Both the position numbers and the translations under genes were made by a program. This document shows positions 36,530 through 46,531 of a stretch of 64,000 nt of DNA, piece by piece. The notes under the pieces are model-generated. The model worked only from the letters and a program-made list of their open reading frames with translations. It searched no databases and had not been told where the DNA came from. Every line of letters begins with the position of its first letter. Position 1 is the first letter of the stretch. This DNA is from a virus: the IMG/VR virus record IMGVR_UViG_3300012665_001507; one strand, 5' to 3'.

Positions 36530-36757
36530 TTATACAACTGCTTTGATTAGTTTAACGATAATACCACCAATTGCGATTTCAAATTCATCGTTAGGTATAA
36601 ACTCCACAGTCATTGGGTTGAACATGTGAAAGATTTCTTCGTTTAAATTGATATGGTCAGCTTCTAAAAGCTCATAAGTTAAGGTTAACCCAGTTTTATA
36701 TATTGTTTCATCATTTACTATTGATGTAACGGTTGTGATTAAGTCTTCGTATTTCAT
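36530..36757 (-). CDS. Hypothetical protein
   Basis: ORF track. Confidence 0.55.
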   Translation of the reverse strand: MKYEDLITTVTSIVNDETIYKTGLTLTYELLEADHINLNEEIFHMFNPMTVEFIPNDEFEIAIGGIIVKLIKAVV

Positions 36758-36975
36758 TAGAATTTAGTAAATATTTTTTTTAAACCTAACATGAAGCGTT
36801 CACCCCATGTTTTTTTAATTATTTTTGCTTTACCTGGATTCTTTTTAATTTCTTGACCCAAACCACTTTTTAATTCATTAATGAATTGGTTTTTCTTAAG
36901 TGCTGTTTTGTATTTTTCAACAAGCATATCTTTTTCTGCTTGAGTTGATTCTCTACTAATCATTTTTTCATTCAT
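36757..36975 (-). CDS. Hypothetical protein
   Basis: ORF track. Confidence 0.55.
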   Translation of the reverse strand: MNEKMISRESTQAEKDMLVEKYKTALKKNQFINELKSGLGQEIKKNPGKAKIIKKTWGERFMLGLKKIFTKF

Positions 36976-37048
36976 AATAAAACTTTTTTTAAATATAGTT
37001 GTTTTTAATCAATATGTAAACACTTTTGTCTTTGTATCTATAGGTAAA

Positions 37049-37240
37049 TTATTTAATAATGTTCTTCTTGTTAGAATTTTTAACAAAATCAAGTTCGTCA
37101 GTAAATGACCAAAGTTTATCACCCTTTTTTCTTTTGTAATAAACGTCAGAACCACCAATATCTCGTAATTGATATTGATACTCTGTTGTTTTACCCTCAG
37201 ACAATAAATAAACCAACCTTTCTCTTATAAATTCTTTCAT
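37049..37240 (-). CDS. Small protein with MKEFIRE..LLSE leader
   Basis: TATTTAT upstream; shared N-terminal motif. Confidence 0.5.
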   Translation of the reverse strand: MKEFIRERLVYLLSEGKTTEYQYQLRDIGGSDVYYKRKKGDKLWSFTDELDFVKNSNKKNIIK

Positions 37241-37306
37241 CAACAATTATTTCTATATAAATATTGACTAATACTATTAGAATCACTATATTTGAAACAA
37301 AAACAT

Positions 37307-37648
37307 ATGACAACACTTATTTTTATCTTAATTTGCTATGGTGCCTGTAATAATTTGATTTACGGGTCCATTTTTGAAGGCTGGCGAAATCGTCTAGCAA
37401 AATTTGGAACTGGAGGTTACAGTTTCCATAAATTATTTACATGTTTCATGTGCTTAGGCACTTGGATGGGATTTGCTGTCTCGGCAATCATGTCCTATTT
37501 CGGATATGCACATTTAACACCAATTGGTTCAATCGGTGTTGAAAACGTATATTTGATAGTTTTCTTAAACGGGTTATTAGCAACTGGAGGTGTATGGTTA
37601 ATCCATACTGTACAGGAAGCGTTTGAACGAGCTTTTACTGAAAAGTAA
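37307..37648 (+). CDS. Membrane protein (DUF1360-like)
   Basis: TM segments; LFTCFMCLGTW CxxC motif. Confidence 0.6.
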   Translation: MTTLIFILICYGACNNLIYGSIFEGWRNRLAKFGTGGYSFHKLFTCFMCLGTWMGFAVSAIMSYFGYAHLTPIGSIGVENVYLIVFLNGLLATGGVWLIHTVQEAFERAFTEK

Positions 37649-37698
37649 TACAAACACCCACAAAAAATAAAAGAGCTCCTATATGGGGCTCTTTTTAT

Positions 37699-38457
37699 TT
37701 AAAATCCTTTTGAATCTATGCATTTATCGCACGCTTCATCTGGGCCGCAATCACAATCGGTATCGTATGATTCACTTAACACCATCTCTGGTTTCCTTTT
37801 TGGTGGTAACTCAACCTTGTTCTGCACTTTGGCTGGAACTGTAGGTTTTCGTCCATTGCGAATCGCTTTCATGTTTCGTTCAGCTCTAGCTTCTTCTTCT
37901 AGAATTTCACGTTCTTCTTCTGTAAGTTCAATTGGGTTACCATTCTCATCTAAGTATTGGGATGGATTGGTTAAATTCCCTTGTTGGCTAGGAACGGTTT
38001 CTTCGATTATTTCTTCCTCGAATGTTTCCGTTACTGGTATTGGCGATATTTCATCAATTTCCATATCAATATCAAAATCGTTTATGTTACCAACCAATTC
38101 TTCTTCAGCAAACGTAAATTTAAGTCGAGTTAATTTAGCTAAAGTATTTTTTTTAAACACTTCTTTTAATTCATTTACTTTTACACGTAAAAGTTCATGT
38201 TTTTTCTCTCGTTCTAAATTCAATTTGATTACTTTATCAACATAGGTTAATAAGTCATCTAAACCAATGTTTGGTGATTCACTGAATAACATATAGTAAT
38301 TCATAGTTTCATCACCTTTGGCCATTTTTACGTTATTATCAGCTGGAACTGACCAACCTTCTTTAAATACAGCATCAACTACTGGCGTACCCTCTACGTA
38401 TCGAATTCCAATTACGTATGGTTGAAGTGAGTCTAATGTTTTTTGTATGTTTGACAT
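37699..38457 (-). CDS. Hypothetical protein with Cys-rich tail
   Basis: Ends CDCGPDEACDKC. Confidence 0.65.
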   Translation of the reverse strand: MSNIQKTLDSLQPYVIGIRYVEGTPVVDAVFKEGWSVPADNNVKMAKGDETMNYYMLFSESPNIGLDDLLTYVDKVIKLNLEREKKHELLRVKVNELKEVFKKNTLAKLTRLKFTFAEEELVGNINDFDIDMEIDEISPIPVTETFEEEIIEETVPSQQGNLTNPSQYLDENGNPIELTEEEREILEEEARAERNMKAIRNGRKPTVPAKVQNKVELPPKRKPEMVLSESYDTDCDCGPDEACDKCIDSKGF

Positions 38458-38462
38458 AGGTT

Positions 38463-38675
38463 TTATAGTTTAATACCAGTGAAGATTACTGTTAAAATAT
38501 ACGCCACAGATATACCCAATAAAACCAATGATGTATTTCGTAATCTATATTTAGTTGGTTCCTCTTCTACCGATGGGAACAACGATTGAATAAAATAATA
38601 TGTATGTCTAATTGTGTTAAGACACGCCATAAATAAAAACATTATTAATATTTTATTAAGTATAACTGTTAGCAT
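38463..38675 (-). CDS. Small two-TM membrane protein (holin candidate)
   Basis: Two hydrophobic helices, near lysis genes. Confidence 0.45.
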   Translation of the reverse strand: MLTVILNKILIMFLFMACLNTIRHTYYFIQSLFPSVEEEPTKYRLRNTSLVLLGISVAYILTVIFTGIKL

Positions 38676-38686
38676 ATTTTTAGTTA

Positions 38687-38863
38687 TTAAGCTTCTTTAT
38701 TTTTAGCAGAAACTTCTAATCTCATAGCTTGAGCTAAAGTTCTAACTTCTTGTAACGTTTTTCTAACTCTTACGCCAGCAGCTTTGTTACCTTTTTCGTA
38801 AAATTTTGTTACATCCTCTTCCATTGAAGCGATAAGTGTTTTTAAATCATTAAAATTTTCCAT
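38687..38863 (-). CDS. Histone H1-like (Hc1 family) nucleoid protein, 58 aa
   Basis: MENFNDLKTLIASMEEDVTKFYEKGNKAAGVRVRKTLQEVRTLAQAMRLEV; KGNKAAGxRxRK signature; missed by the ORF track. Confidence 0.75.
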   Translation of the reverse strand: MENFNDLKTLIASMEEDVTKFYEKGNKAAGVRVRKTLQEVRTLAQAMRLEVSAKNKEA

Positions 38864-38864
38864 T

Positions 38865-39098
38865 TTAGTTTTCTTTTTTGTTTTCGTTATTTTCGTTATT
38901 GTTTACTGAAACCATTGAATTGAATTTTTCAATGTTGGTTTCTATAGCGGATAATTGACCCACTAATTGTCTAATTCTGTATGATTTACTTTCGATATCA
39001 TCATCAGAAGCAATTACTCTTTCTAAGTCATCCTCGATTTTTAATTTCTCGGTTGACCAATCTAAAAGTACTACGTTAAAAAGTCTTTGTGTATTCAT
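38865..39098 (-). CDS. Coiled-coil hypothetical protein
   Basis: ORF track. Confidence 0.55.
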   Translation of the reverse strand: MNTQRLFNVVLLDWSTEKLKIEDDLERVIASDDDIESKSYRIRQLVGQLSAIETNIEKFNSMVSVNNNENNENKKEN

Positions 39099-39149
39099 AA
39101 GGCAATATTACACAATTATTTCTGAAAATAAATAGTTAAACCTAAAATT

Positions 39150-39623
39150 TTATGCAAATTTCAAGGATTTTTCAAAAATAGTGTAAATTTCGATAAGGGT
39201 ATCAACGTCTGAGTTCGTTTTTGTTTTGGTGAAGTCGAATATGTCTGACCATATTCTAAGTATCCCTTTATCTGTGTAATCGAATGGTTTTTTTTCTTTA
39301 TATGAATAGAAAACCTCAAGTGTAAACTCTAAAAAGTAGTTGTACAACTTGGGGTTTTCAATATTGATACCTTCTTTGGCAAAATTATCAACGGTTTTTC
39401 CCCAACACCACTGAAAGTGGTTGAATTGAGCATCGTAGTCCGTAACCTCATCCCCTAAGTATGTGTCAAAGACACGCATTAGAAGTGATTGCACAAAATC
39501 ACTATAAAGCTCACATTTTTCGAACTTTATATTATTTGCTGCAAACAATACTGACACACTCTCTTTACTCATAGGGCTGTTGATATATGCTAAGAAACTT
39601 GTTCTATCATATTTGTTATTCAT
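39150..39623 (-). CDS. Hypothetical protein
   Basis: ORF track. Confidence 0.65.
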   Translation of the reverse strand: MNNKYDRTSFLAYINSPMSKESVSVLFAANNIKFEKCELYSDFVQSLLMRVFDTYLGDEVTDYDAQFNHFQWCWGKTVDNFAKEGINIENPKLYNYFLEFTLEVFYSYKEKKPFDYTDKGILRIWSDIFDFTKTKTNSDVDTLIEIYTIFEKSLKFA

Positions 39624-39670
39624 ATTGTTTATTTTAATTTAATATAAGTCTTAAATTAAAAAAATAAATG

Positions 39671-40258
39671 TTAAACTAAGTCAGATGACTCAATTAATGT
39701 ATAAGTAAAAGATTTACCGTGTATTGCAGCCGCTTTACGACAGATACTCATAAATTCTTCAAAGTCAGCAGATTTTTTAAACACTTGACATCCTTCTGAC
39801 CAGTTTTCAACATATGTTGAATCAGCACCAGCTTTGTGAATGTTAATACCAAAGATACCTTCTTGGATTTTAGACTCATCATAAGTCATGTCTTTGTTAG
39901 CGTCTCTATAAACTTTAACATTTTTAGCTTGTTTAAGTGCCTCATATTTTCCTTGGTGCAAACCTAAAGTGTGTGAACCTCTATATTGTCCTTCTACTAA
40001 TCTAGCAACACCAGCTGCATTATGGTATTCTTTAACACCTTTTGTTCCTGGGTCTGTTGTACATGCCCATGTTTTGAATTTCCATTCACCGTTCTCTTTG
40101 TACGATACTGTCATGTGGTCGTCAAAAACATTTGTTACTTTATTTCCAGTTGATGAGTTTCTAACACCTACGATGTTCACATCAAAATCTTTAGCTCCTT
40201 CGAACCAAGCATATCCTTTAGCTTTTACAGCTTTTTCTATTTGTTCTCTTGTATACAT
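39671..40258 (-). CDS. Putative peptidoglycan peptidase (YkuD/L,D-transpeptidase-like)
   Basis: GINIH...WSEGCQV His/Cys motif; adjacent to the endolysin. Confidence 0.55.
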   Translation of the reverse strand: MYTREQIEKAVKAKGYAWFEGAKDFDVNIVGVRNSSTGNKVTNVFDDHMTVSYKENGEWKFKTWACTTDPGTKGVKEYHNAAGVARLVEGQYRGSHTLGLHQGKYEALKQAKNVKVYRDANKDMTYDESKIQEGIFGINIHKAGADSTYVENWSEGCQVFKKSADFEEFMSICRKAAAIHGKSFTYTLIESSDLV

Positions 40259-40260
40259 AA

Positions 40261-40875
40261 TTAAGCAGTTAACCATCCGTAATATTTTTTTGTTTTAGCC
40301 ATTCTATCGTCTAAACCATGTGTTCCACCATTGATTCTTTTTGTAAGAGCCAAGATAGATGCATCGTTTACACCTTTGTCACAGATATCCCAAAGTTTAT
40401 TTTTATCGAAGAAGAACACAGCCGATTCAAAAGCTAATTCATTAGCAACCAAATCTGGGTTTGTCATAACTTCTGGTTTTTTTAAGTATTCAGAAAAAGC
40501 TTTATAATTTGCTTTACCTGTTAATTGAAGAGCACCTCTTCCACGGAAAACCCATCCTTCTTTTGAAGCCTCGTTACCGTTACCCATTCTGTCTGCATAA
40601 ACTCTAGATGCAATTTTCTCTGGGTTTCTAGCATAAGACTCCTCCAAGTTACCAGGAAAATATTTTCCAAAGATACCTTGCAATCCTTGTGCTGAATAAT
40701 TTAAGTTTTCTGAAAATGCTTTAAAGTCACCAGTTTCGTGTGCTGTTTGAGCAAAGAAGTGTGCTGCTCTTTCTGGTGTCATTTTGTAGAATTCCATCGC
40801 TTTTTTAAGCGTTCCTGGTCCAAAGGCTCCATCTGCCGTTGCACCAATTTTTTCTTGTAGTTTTTTTAAGCTCAT
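40261..40875 (-). CDS. GH19 (chitinase-like) endolysin with PG-binding N-terminus
   Basis: ADGAFGPGT; FFAQTAHET, ENLNYS, RGRGALQLTG..NY, INGG. Confidence 0.9.
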   Translation of the reverse strand: MSLKKLQEKIGATADGAFGPGTLKKAMEFYKMTPERAAHFFAQTAHETGDFKAFSENLNYSAQGLQGIFGKYFPGNLEESYARNPEKIASRVYADRMGNGNEASKEGWVFRGRGALQLTGKANYKAFSEYLKKPEVMTNPDLVANELAFESAVFFFDKNKLWDICDKGVNDASILALTKRINGGTHGLDDRMAKTKKYYGWLTA

Positions 40876-40976
40876 AATTTCATGTTTATTAATAAATATC
40901 TTTATACCGATAAAAATGTTAAAAAAAGTTTGGATGTTTGGAATAAATTACCTACCTTTGTTAAAAAATAATATAC

Positions 40977-41408
40977 ATGGTTGCATTACTTAAAATTGAA
41001 AATCTAGCATGTGCTAGTTTATATTTTGATGTCTTAGAAGACTTTAGAGATTTACATGAGATTGATATGAGTGATTTTATGCTTGTGAAAGAAAGTCCAT
41101 GTACCAAGTATGAGTACTTGTATGTCTTCTTACCCAATCACCAAATAAATGATTTTGTAAAACTAATCAAAGAGTATGATATTGAGCTATACATGGATGT
41201 TGATTTTACCGAAGATTTGTTAAACATTATCTTAACAAATAAAGTAGAGGTTTTTAAAAAACAATTTGTGTTGGATTACAATATTGAGTTTGATGAGCTA
41301 CTAGATATTTTCTACGAGGAAAATGTAACTGTTGATATGGTTCTGGATAAAGCTAACGATTTAGGTTTTGAGTCTTTGACCAAAAGAGACTATGATGTAT
41401 TAAAATAA
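40977..41408 (+). CDS. Hypothetical protein
   Basis: TACCTTTG promoter at 40953. Confidence 0.6.
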   Translation: MVALLKIENLACASLYFDVLEDFRDLHEIDMSDFMLVKESPCTKYEYLYVFLPNHQINDFVKLIKEYDIELYMDVDFTEDLLNIILTNKVEVFKKQFVLDYNIEFDELLDIFYEENVTVDMVLDKANDLGFESLTKRDYDVLK

Positions 41409-41454
41409 AAAAACCCCATATTGCTATGAGGTTTTAGTATTTGTTTAGTTTTTA

Positions 41455-41772
41455 TTAAGATTGAGTTATGTTAGATTTAACATTGTAACCCATTGCTCTT
41501 TTTACTTCGTTTTTTAAACTATTTGCAGAACCTACTTCGATTCCTTTTGCTTTGATGAACTCATTTGCCTTTGCGATAACTTCATTTCCCTTTGCTGTTT
41601 TTTCTTCGCTTTGTGGCATTGCTTTAACTGCATCAATCATTTCTTTGTTATCTCTCATAAAGATTGCATCATAGCTTCTAAATACGTCACCGAATCCTTC
41701 TTCTACTTCTTCAGAATATACTGGCTGAGTTTTTAACTTCTCTTCTCTATCTTCTGGAGCAACTTGCTTCAT
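41455..41772 (-). CDS. Hypothetical protein or -1 frame extension of the upstream gene
   Basis: Frame stays open back through the A10 run at 41805-41814. Confidence 0.55.
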   Translation of the reverse strand: MKQVAPEDREEKLKTQPVYSEEVEEGFGDVFRSYDAIFMRDNKEMIDAVKAMPQSEEKTAKGNEVIAKANEFIKAKGIEVGSANSLKNEVKRAMGYNVKSNITQS

Positions 41773-41795
41773 TACATTATCGTCACCGTAGCCTT

Positions 41796-44114
41796 CTAGT
41801 TTACTTTTTTTTTTGACGGCATTGAATTAACAGCCGCACTAGTTGAAACACCGTGTTCGTCACCGTATTCATCCAAGTTACCATCATCGTCCATTCTATC
41901 CATAAGAGTTTCCAAATATTTAGCTGGATTCATTTTTGCCATTTCTTTATCTTCCAACGGAACTGGAACTGGTTTTGGTCCACCACCAACGATAAAGTAT
42001 TCACCTGTTGATTGACTAACCATAAGTCTAGGACCCGCTTTAGCTACTGGTGCAGATGGAACAACAATATCGTCTTCATCATCTTCGTCATCAACGCTAG
42101 GGATATCTGAAGTTATTTCGTCATCAGCTGGTTCAGCGTCAACATCTTCATCTTCATCGTCAGATTTGTTATAATCATCTTCATAATCTTCTTCGTCTTC
42201 TTCTTCCTTAACCATTTCTTCTTTTTCTTCCATGTAGTTTTCATTGATTGGTGCGAAGAAAACACCGTTTAAAGTAACACCTTCAGCAACCACTTCTTTG
42301 TCATCTTCTGCTTCTTCTTCTTTAGCTTCAGTTTTAACTTTAGCTTTAGATTCAGTACCCATATGTACATGTTTTTTAGCTTCAGCAGCATGAGGAACAT
42401 TTACATCTTCCCAGTGACCGTTTGCAGCTTTGGTTCCTTCGATATTTCCAGATTTAGAAACTTCTTTAACCATTCCTTCTTCTTCAGTTTCTTCTTCGTA
42501 CATACCTTCTTTAACTGTTTCCTCTTCCTCTTCTTCTTTATACATACCTTCTTCGTACATACTCTCTTTCATTGTTACATGTTTAGTAGCTTCTGGAGCT
42601 TTTTTCTTAACCTCTTCAAAGTTTCCAGTTTTTGGTGCTGGAGCTTTTGTTCCTTTTTCAGTCGATACCGAACCTTCAATATCTTTTTTAGCTTCAGCAG
42701 CATATGATACAGCGTCATCTAAATCACCTTCTTTAGCAGCTGGTGCTTGTGCTTTATCTTTAGATACAGAACCTTGTACATGTTTAGTAGCTTCTGGAGC
42801 TTTTTTAGTTACATCTTCAAAGTTTCCAGTTTTAGCCTTAGCACTTTCAATGTCTTCACCTTCTAAAAGGGTTTTAGTTTTATTCCAGATATCTCCAAAT
42901 GCAACATTCTCATCAAGTCTCGCAAGTCCTTTTACAGTACCTAAAGTATCTTGTGATTTGTAACCCATAAGGTGTTTCATTTTTTGCATATCTTCGTTAA
43001 GCATAGTTTTATCAGAAGCCAAAAGAACTACAGCTTTACCTTCGTTCAAATTACCTTCCCAACGAACTTTACATGAAACTGAACCATCAGTCATTTCAAA
43101 TTCTTTATTGTCTACTTTATAACTTTCTGGGATTAACGTTAAAGCATGACCCAATTTTTGTGTTAGATTAACACCTTCAAATGGTTTATCGCCATTTTTG
43201 TTAAACTTTAATCTTTTCATCGTTTCTTTTATTTGTGGTTTATTATTGTCATTGTTTTCAAACATACCCATATCTTTCATGGCTTGTTTTTCTAATTTAT
43301 TAGCTAATGATTTAGCAGATTTAATTGCCATTTCAAAGTTACCTTTTTCTAACAACGAAGCAACTTTATTGATACCGTTACCATATTCCATACTATCTGG
43401 AAAATCAGATACCATACCTGTTTCACTTACTTTATTAACTAATTTAACAGCTGTTTCATTTGCACCTATCTTGGCAACCAAATTTGTTAAGTTATCTCTT
43501 AATTTATCAGAAATACCTTCATTAACAGGTTTTGCGTTTACACTTTCATTGGTTGAATATGCTGAATGAACTCTGGCTGGTTTGAAGCCTTTAGGTAAGA
43601 TTTCAATATCTCCACCAAAACTTAATATTTTATCAGTTTGGTCTTTTCTTTTCTTTGCAGAAGCTTCAGCATTTTTAAGTCTTTCTTTTCCAAAATCATC
43701 AGAAGAAACACCTTCCATCGCTTCAGCGTTACCCATATCTTTACCGCCTTTGTTACCCATTCTAGTGCTACCTTCTAAAGATTCTTTTGCTCTATCACTG
43801 AATTGTTTACCAACTGGTCTATCGTATTCAATCGATTCTTGACCATTCATGATTTCCATTTGGTTGTGGTACTCTAGTTCTCCGTCTTCGTAGTTGAATT
43901 TGTTTTGAGCCATCTTAGACATATCTTTGTCTTTTTTGACATCTTTGTCGTATGCTGTCAAATCTTTTTCAATAGCTTTAACACCAGCTTTGTTTTGCTC
44001 ACCAGATTTCTTATTCACAGCGTTAGTAACAGTGATACCAGGAGTATTAGCTGTTTCTTTTGCTTCAGATAAGAATCTTTCAGATAAGTGTTGTTTAATT
44101 ATATTTTTGTCCAT
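41796..44114 (-). CDS. Large acidic, repeat-containing putative internal virion/scaffold protein
   Basis: Repeats KTGNFE.V.KKAPEATKHV; many hydrophobic-x-E sites; TATTTAT upstream. Confidence 0.6.
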   Translation of the reverse strand: MDKNIIKQHLSERFLSEAKETANTPGITVTNAVNKKSGEQNKAGVKAIEKDLTAYDKDVKKDKDMSKMAQNKFNYEDGELEYHNQMEIMNGQESIEYDRPVGKQFSDRAKESLEGSTRMGNKGGKDMGNAEAMEGVSSDDFGKERLKNAEASAKKRKDQTDKILSFGGDIEILPKGFKPARVHSAYSTNESVNAKPVNEGISDKLRDNLTNLVAKIGANETAVKLVNKVSETGMVSDFPDSMEYGNGINKVASLLEKGNFEMAIKSAKSLANKLEKQAMKDMGMFENNDNNKPQIKETMKRLKFNKNGDKPFEGVNLTQKLGHALTLIPESYKVDNKEFEMTDGSVSCKVRWEGNLNEGKAVVLLASDKTMLNEDMQKMKHLMGYKSQDTLGTVKGLARLDENVAFGDIWNKTKTLLEGEDIESAKAKTGNFEDVTKKAPEATKHVQGSVSKDKAQAPAAKEGDLDDAVSYAAEAKKDIEGSVSTEKGTKAPAPKTGNFEEVKKKAPEATKHVTMKESMYEEGMYKEEEEEETVKEGMYEEETEEEGMVKEVSKSGNIEGTKAANGHWEDVNVPHAAEAKKHVHMGTESKAKVKTEAKEEEAEDDKEVVAEGVTLNGVFFAPINENYMEEKEEMVKEEEDEEDYEDDYNKSDDEDEDVDAEPADDEITSDIPSVDDEDDEDDIVVPSAPVAKAGPRLMVSQSTGEYFIVGGGPKPVPVPLEDKEMAKMNPAKYLETLMDRMDDDGNLDEYGDEHGVSTSAAVNSMPSKKKVN

Positions 44115-44158
44115 CTTTTATGATTTTATTATAAATATCTTAGTTTTTGGTAAAGTTG

Positions 44159-46198
44159 TTAACCTTTAGCGTTTTTTGCTGTAATTATAGCTTTTACTTC
44201 ATCAATTGTTTTACCAGTTTTTTTAGCAACAGCTTCGTATATTTTGTTTTCACCTAATGATGGGGCATTTACGTTACCTTTTGTTTTTTTAAGCTTAACA
44301 ACATTGTCAACCGCACCAGCACTACAACCAGTACCAGCTGGTTTGTTATTCATTTTAACACAATCGTTAAAATCAACAAATGCACCACCAGCCCATTGTG
44401 TTTTTGTTTGAGCTTTTGTTTTTGGGTTATTTTTACCTAAGTCCATTGTTAAACCACCAGGAGTATCGTATTGGAAATTACCAGCACTGGCAACATCCAT
44501 AGTTTCATTTAAACTAGGAACATACCAATTGTTACTATCAGATGAGTTAATACCATTTTTATCTAAAAATCTTTTAGTTACTATTTTAAAGTCAGAAGTT
44601 TTATTTTCTGGAAAGTTGTCATTCAAATCCATTTTAACATAGTATTTGATACTTTCGTTATCAACGCCTGTATAGTCCCAACCGTCAACTATCTTACCAT
44701 TATTTTTCATAATAGCAAAATGAGTGTAACCAGCACCCAAATCAGAGTCTTCTTTTACCACTGGAACATTAGGCATAGTTTTTTTAACTATTGCTGAGTC
44801 AGCACCATTTGCACTTAATGATGGTGTGTATTGACCACCAACCGATGCGGTATTAGTACCACCCATTCCACCAGCAGACATTTCATCAACACCACCAAAC
44901 ATATTGAACTGTCCAACTGGTTTTTTTGGTTCTGGTGCTGAAACTGGTTCTGGCATATTTTTAAGTTTCATTTGTTTTTCAGCATTTTTAGAATTCAATC
45001 TATTTTGTGCGTCTCTTCTTTTGAAATATTCATCTTCGTATTTTTGTGAATCAGCTCTTCTTTGTGCAATAACGGCTTTAATTCTAGACATCTTTTCGTC
45101 TTCAGTTTCGTTTTCATTAAGACCACCTAACGTTTTAGTAACCATAGGGTCTTTGTCGTACATTTCCAAAAAGTCTTGTCTTAATTCGTTGTCAATTTTA
45201 ACCAAGTCAAAATCACCGCTTTCCCAAGCATCTAATCCTTCACCCACTTTAAGACCAGAAATATTGTCATTGATGTAGTCAGTTAATACTTCATCATCAA
45301 TATCCCAATCATCACTATAATCTACATCATAACCACCTTCACCGTCTGGATAGGTATCGATTACTTCTCTGTCAACATAGTCTAAAAATTCATTTCTATC
45401 AATACCATCATAATAAAAAGCATACATAGTACCGTCTTCACCTTTAATGAAAGCAAATTCACCATTATAACCCATCACTTGTAATTTAGGGTTTTTGATA
45501 TGTGTACCTTTACTATATTGTGGGTCTGCTTGATTAGCTGGGTGGTCTGGATGGTTATCAAACCAGTCACCTTCTTCAAGTCCATTTTTAGGTGTTTTAT
45601 CATTTCCAAGCATAGCTCTTAATTCTTCTTCAACAGCATTGATTGCTTTCTCTGCCGAACCCAAAGATTTACATAATTCATAACCACCATCTTTTTTAAC
45701 TACTAATTTACTAGCACATAAAGCATCACAGATATCATCATACGTCAAATCATTTTCAGCCCAGAATGGAGAAAACTCATCTGATTTACGATAAAGGTAT
45801 TTAATTAAATCAATGGTTTCTTTTTTTAATTGGTCTTCACCCTCTTTTAAAGAATATTTTTTAAATTCTGTATCAACTCTTTTTAAACCACCTTTTACTT
45901 TAGGTTCTTGTTCTTCGTTGATATTGTGCATTTTTCTAAACACTTCGTAGTCGTAAACTAAATCTTGACCGAAAGCATACACACCAATGTCTTTTTTACC
46001 ACTAGGGTAAATAGCCCAAACATATTGGTATTTATTATTACCTAACATGAATGGTTCTTCACCAGACATATCTTTGTAGTATTCAACATAGGGTGCGTTA
46101 TTTTCACCCACATTTTCTTTGATTAAACCAGAAGCAAAAATTCTATTATATTGTTCTTTGGTTATTTTCAACTTGCCTTTATTTGAATTATTATTCAT
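44159..46198 (-). CDS. Putative internal virion polyprotein-like protein
   Basis: Modules separated by LxE/IxE sites (LIKE, INEE, LKEG, LEEG, LNE). Confidence 0.5.
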   Translation of the reverse strand: MNNNSNKGKLKITKEQYNRIFASGLIKENVGENNAPYVEYYKDMSGEEPFMLGNNKYQYVWAIYPSGKKDIGVYAFGQDLVYDYEVFRKMHNINEEQEPKVKGGLKRVDTEFKKYSLKEGEDQLKKETIDLIKYLYRKSDEFSPFWAENDLTYDDICDALCASKLVVKKDGGYELCKSLGSAEKAINAVEEELRAMLGNDKTPKNGLEEGDWFDNHPDHPANQADPQYSKGTHIKNPKLQVMGYNGEFAFIKGEDGTMYAFYYDGIDRNEFLDYVDREVIDTYPDGEGGYDVDYSDDWDIDDEVLTDYINDNISGLKVGEGLDAWESGDFDLVKIDNELRQDFLEMYDKDPMVTKTLGGLNENETEDEKMSRIKAVIAQRRADSQKYEDEYFKRRDAQNRLNSKNAEKQMKLKNMPEPVSAPEPKKPVGQFNMFGGVDEMSAGGMGGTNTASVGGQYTPSLSANGADSAIVKKTMPNVPVVKEDSDLGAGYTHFAIMKNNGKIVDGWDYTGVDNESIKYYVKMDLNDNFPENKTSDFKIVTKRFLDKNGINSSDSNNWYVPSLNETMDVASAGNFQYDTPGGLTMDLGKNNPKTKAQTKTQWAGGAFVDFNDCVKMNNKPAGTGCSAGAVDNVVKLKKTKGNVNAPSLGENKIYEAVAKKTGKTIDEVKAIITAKNAKG

Positions 46199-46201
46199 AG
46201 T

Positions 46202-46453
46202 TTAGTTTGTTTTGTTACTTAAATTATCTCTCCAAAAACTCTTTTTGGTCCAAAGAGCTTTAAATAATTGAGTCAACACATTTTTAGTGATTTCAACTAC
46301 CTTATCTTCAAGTTCTTTTTCGTTTTTAAGCCTATCTTTAACTATCTTCTCAACCTTTGTTTTAAAGGCATCACTATCCATATAGACTTTAATTTCTTTG
46401 GATACCTCAACCTTACTAAGGTTTTCGTTAATTTTTTTGTTGCTTTCGGCCAT
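46202..46453 (-). CDS. Hypothetical protein
   Basis: ORF track. Confidence 0.55.
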   Translation of the reverse strand: MAESNKKINENLSKVEVSKEIKVYMDSDAFKTKVEKIVKDRLKNEKELEDKVVEITKNVLTQLFKALWTKKSFWRDNLSNKTN

Positions 46454-46531
46454 TATGATGTTTTTATTATAAATATTAAGAATAACAAAAAAAGCCCTAT
46501 TACAGGCTTTTATTTATTGTGTTATAAATAC

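Noticed and set aside
42363-45278. Many plus-strand ORFs antisense to long genes (here and throughout)
   Set aside because: Antisense shadows caused by codon bias of the real minus-strand genes
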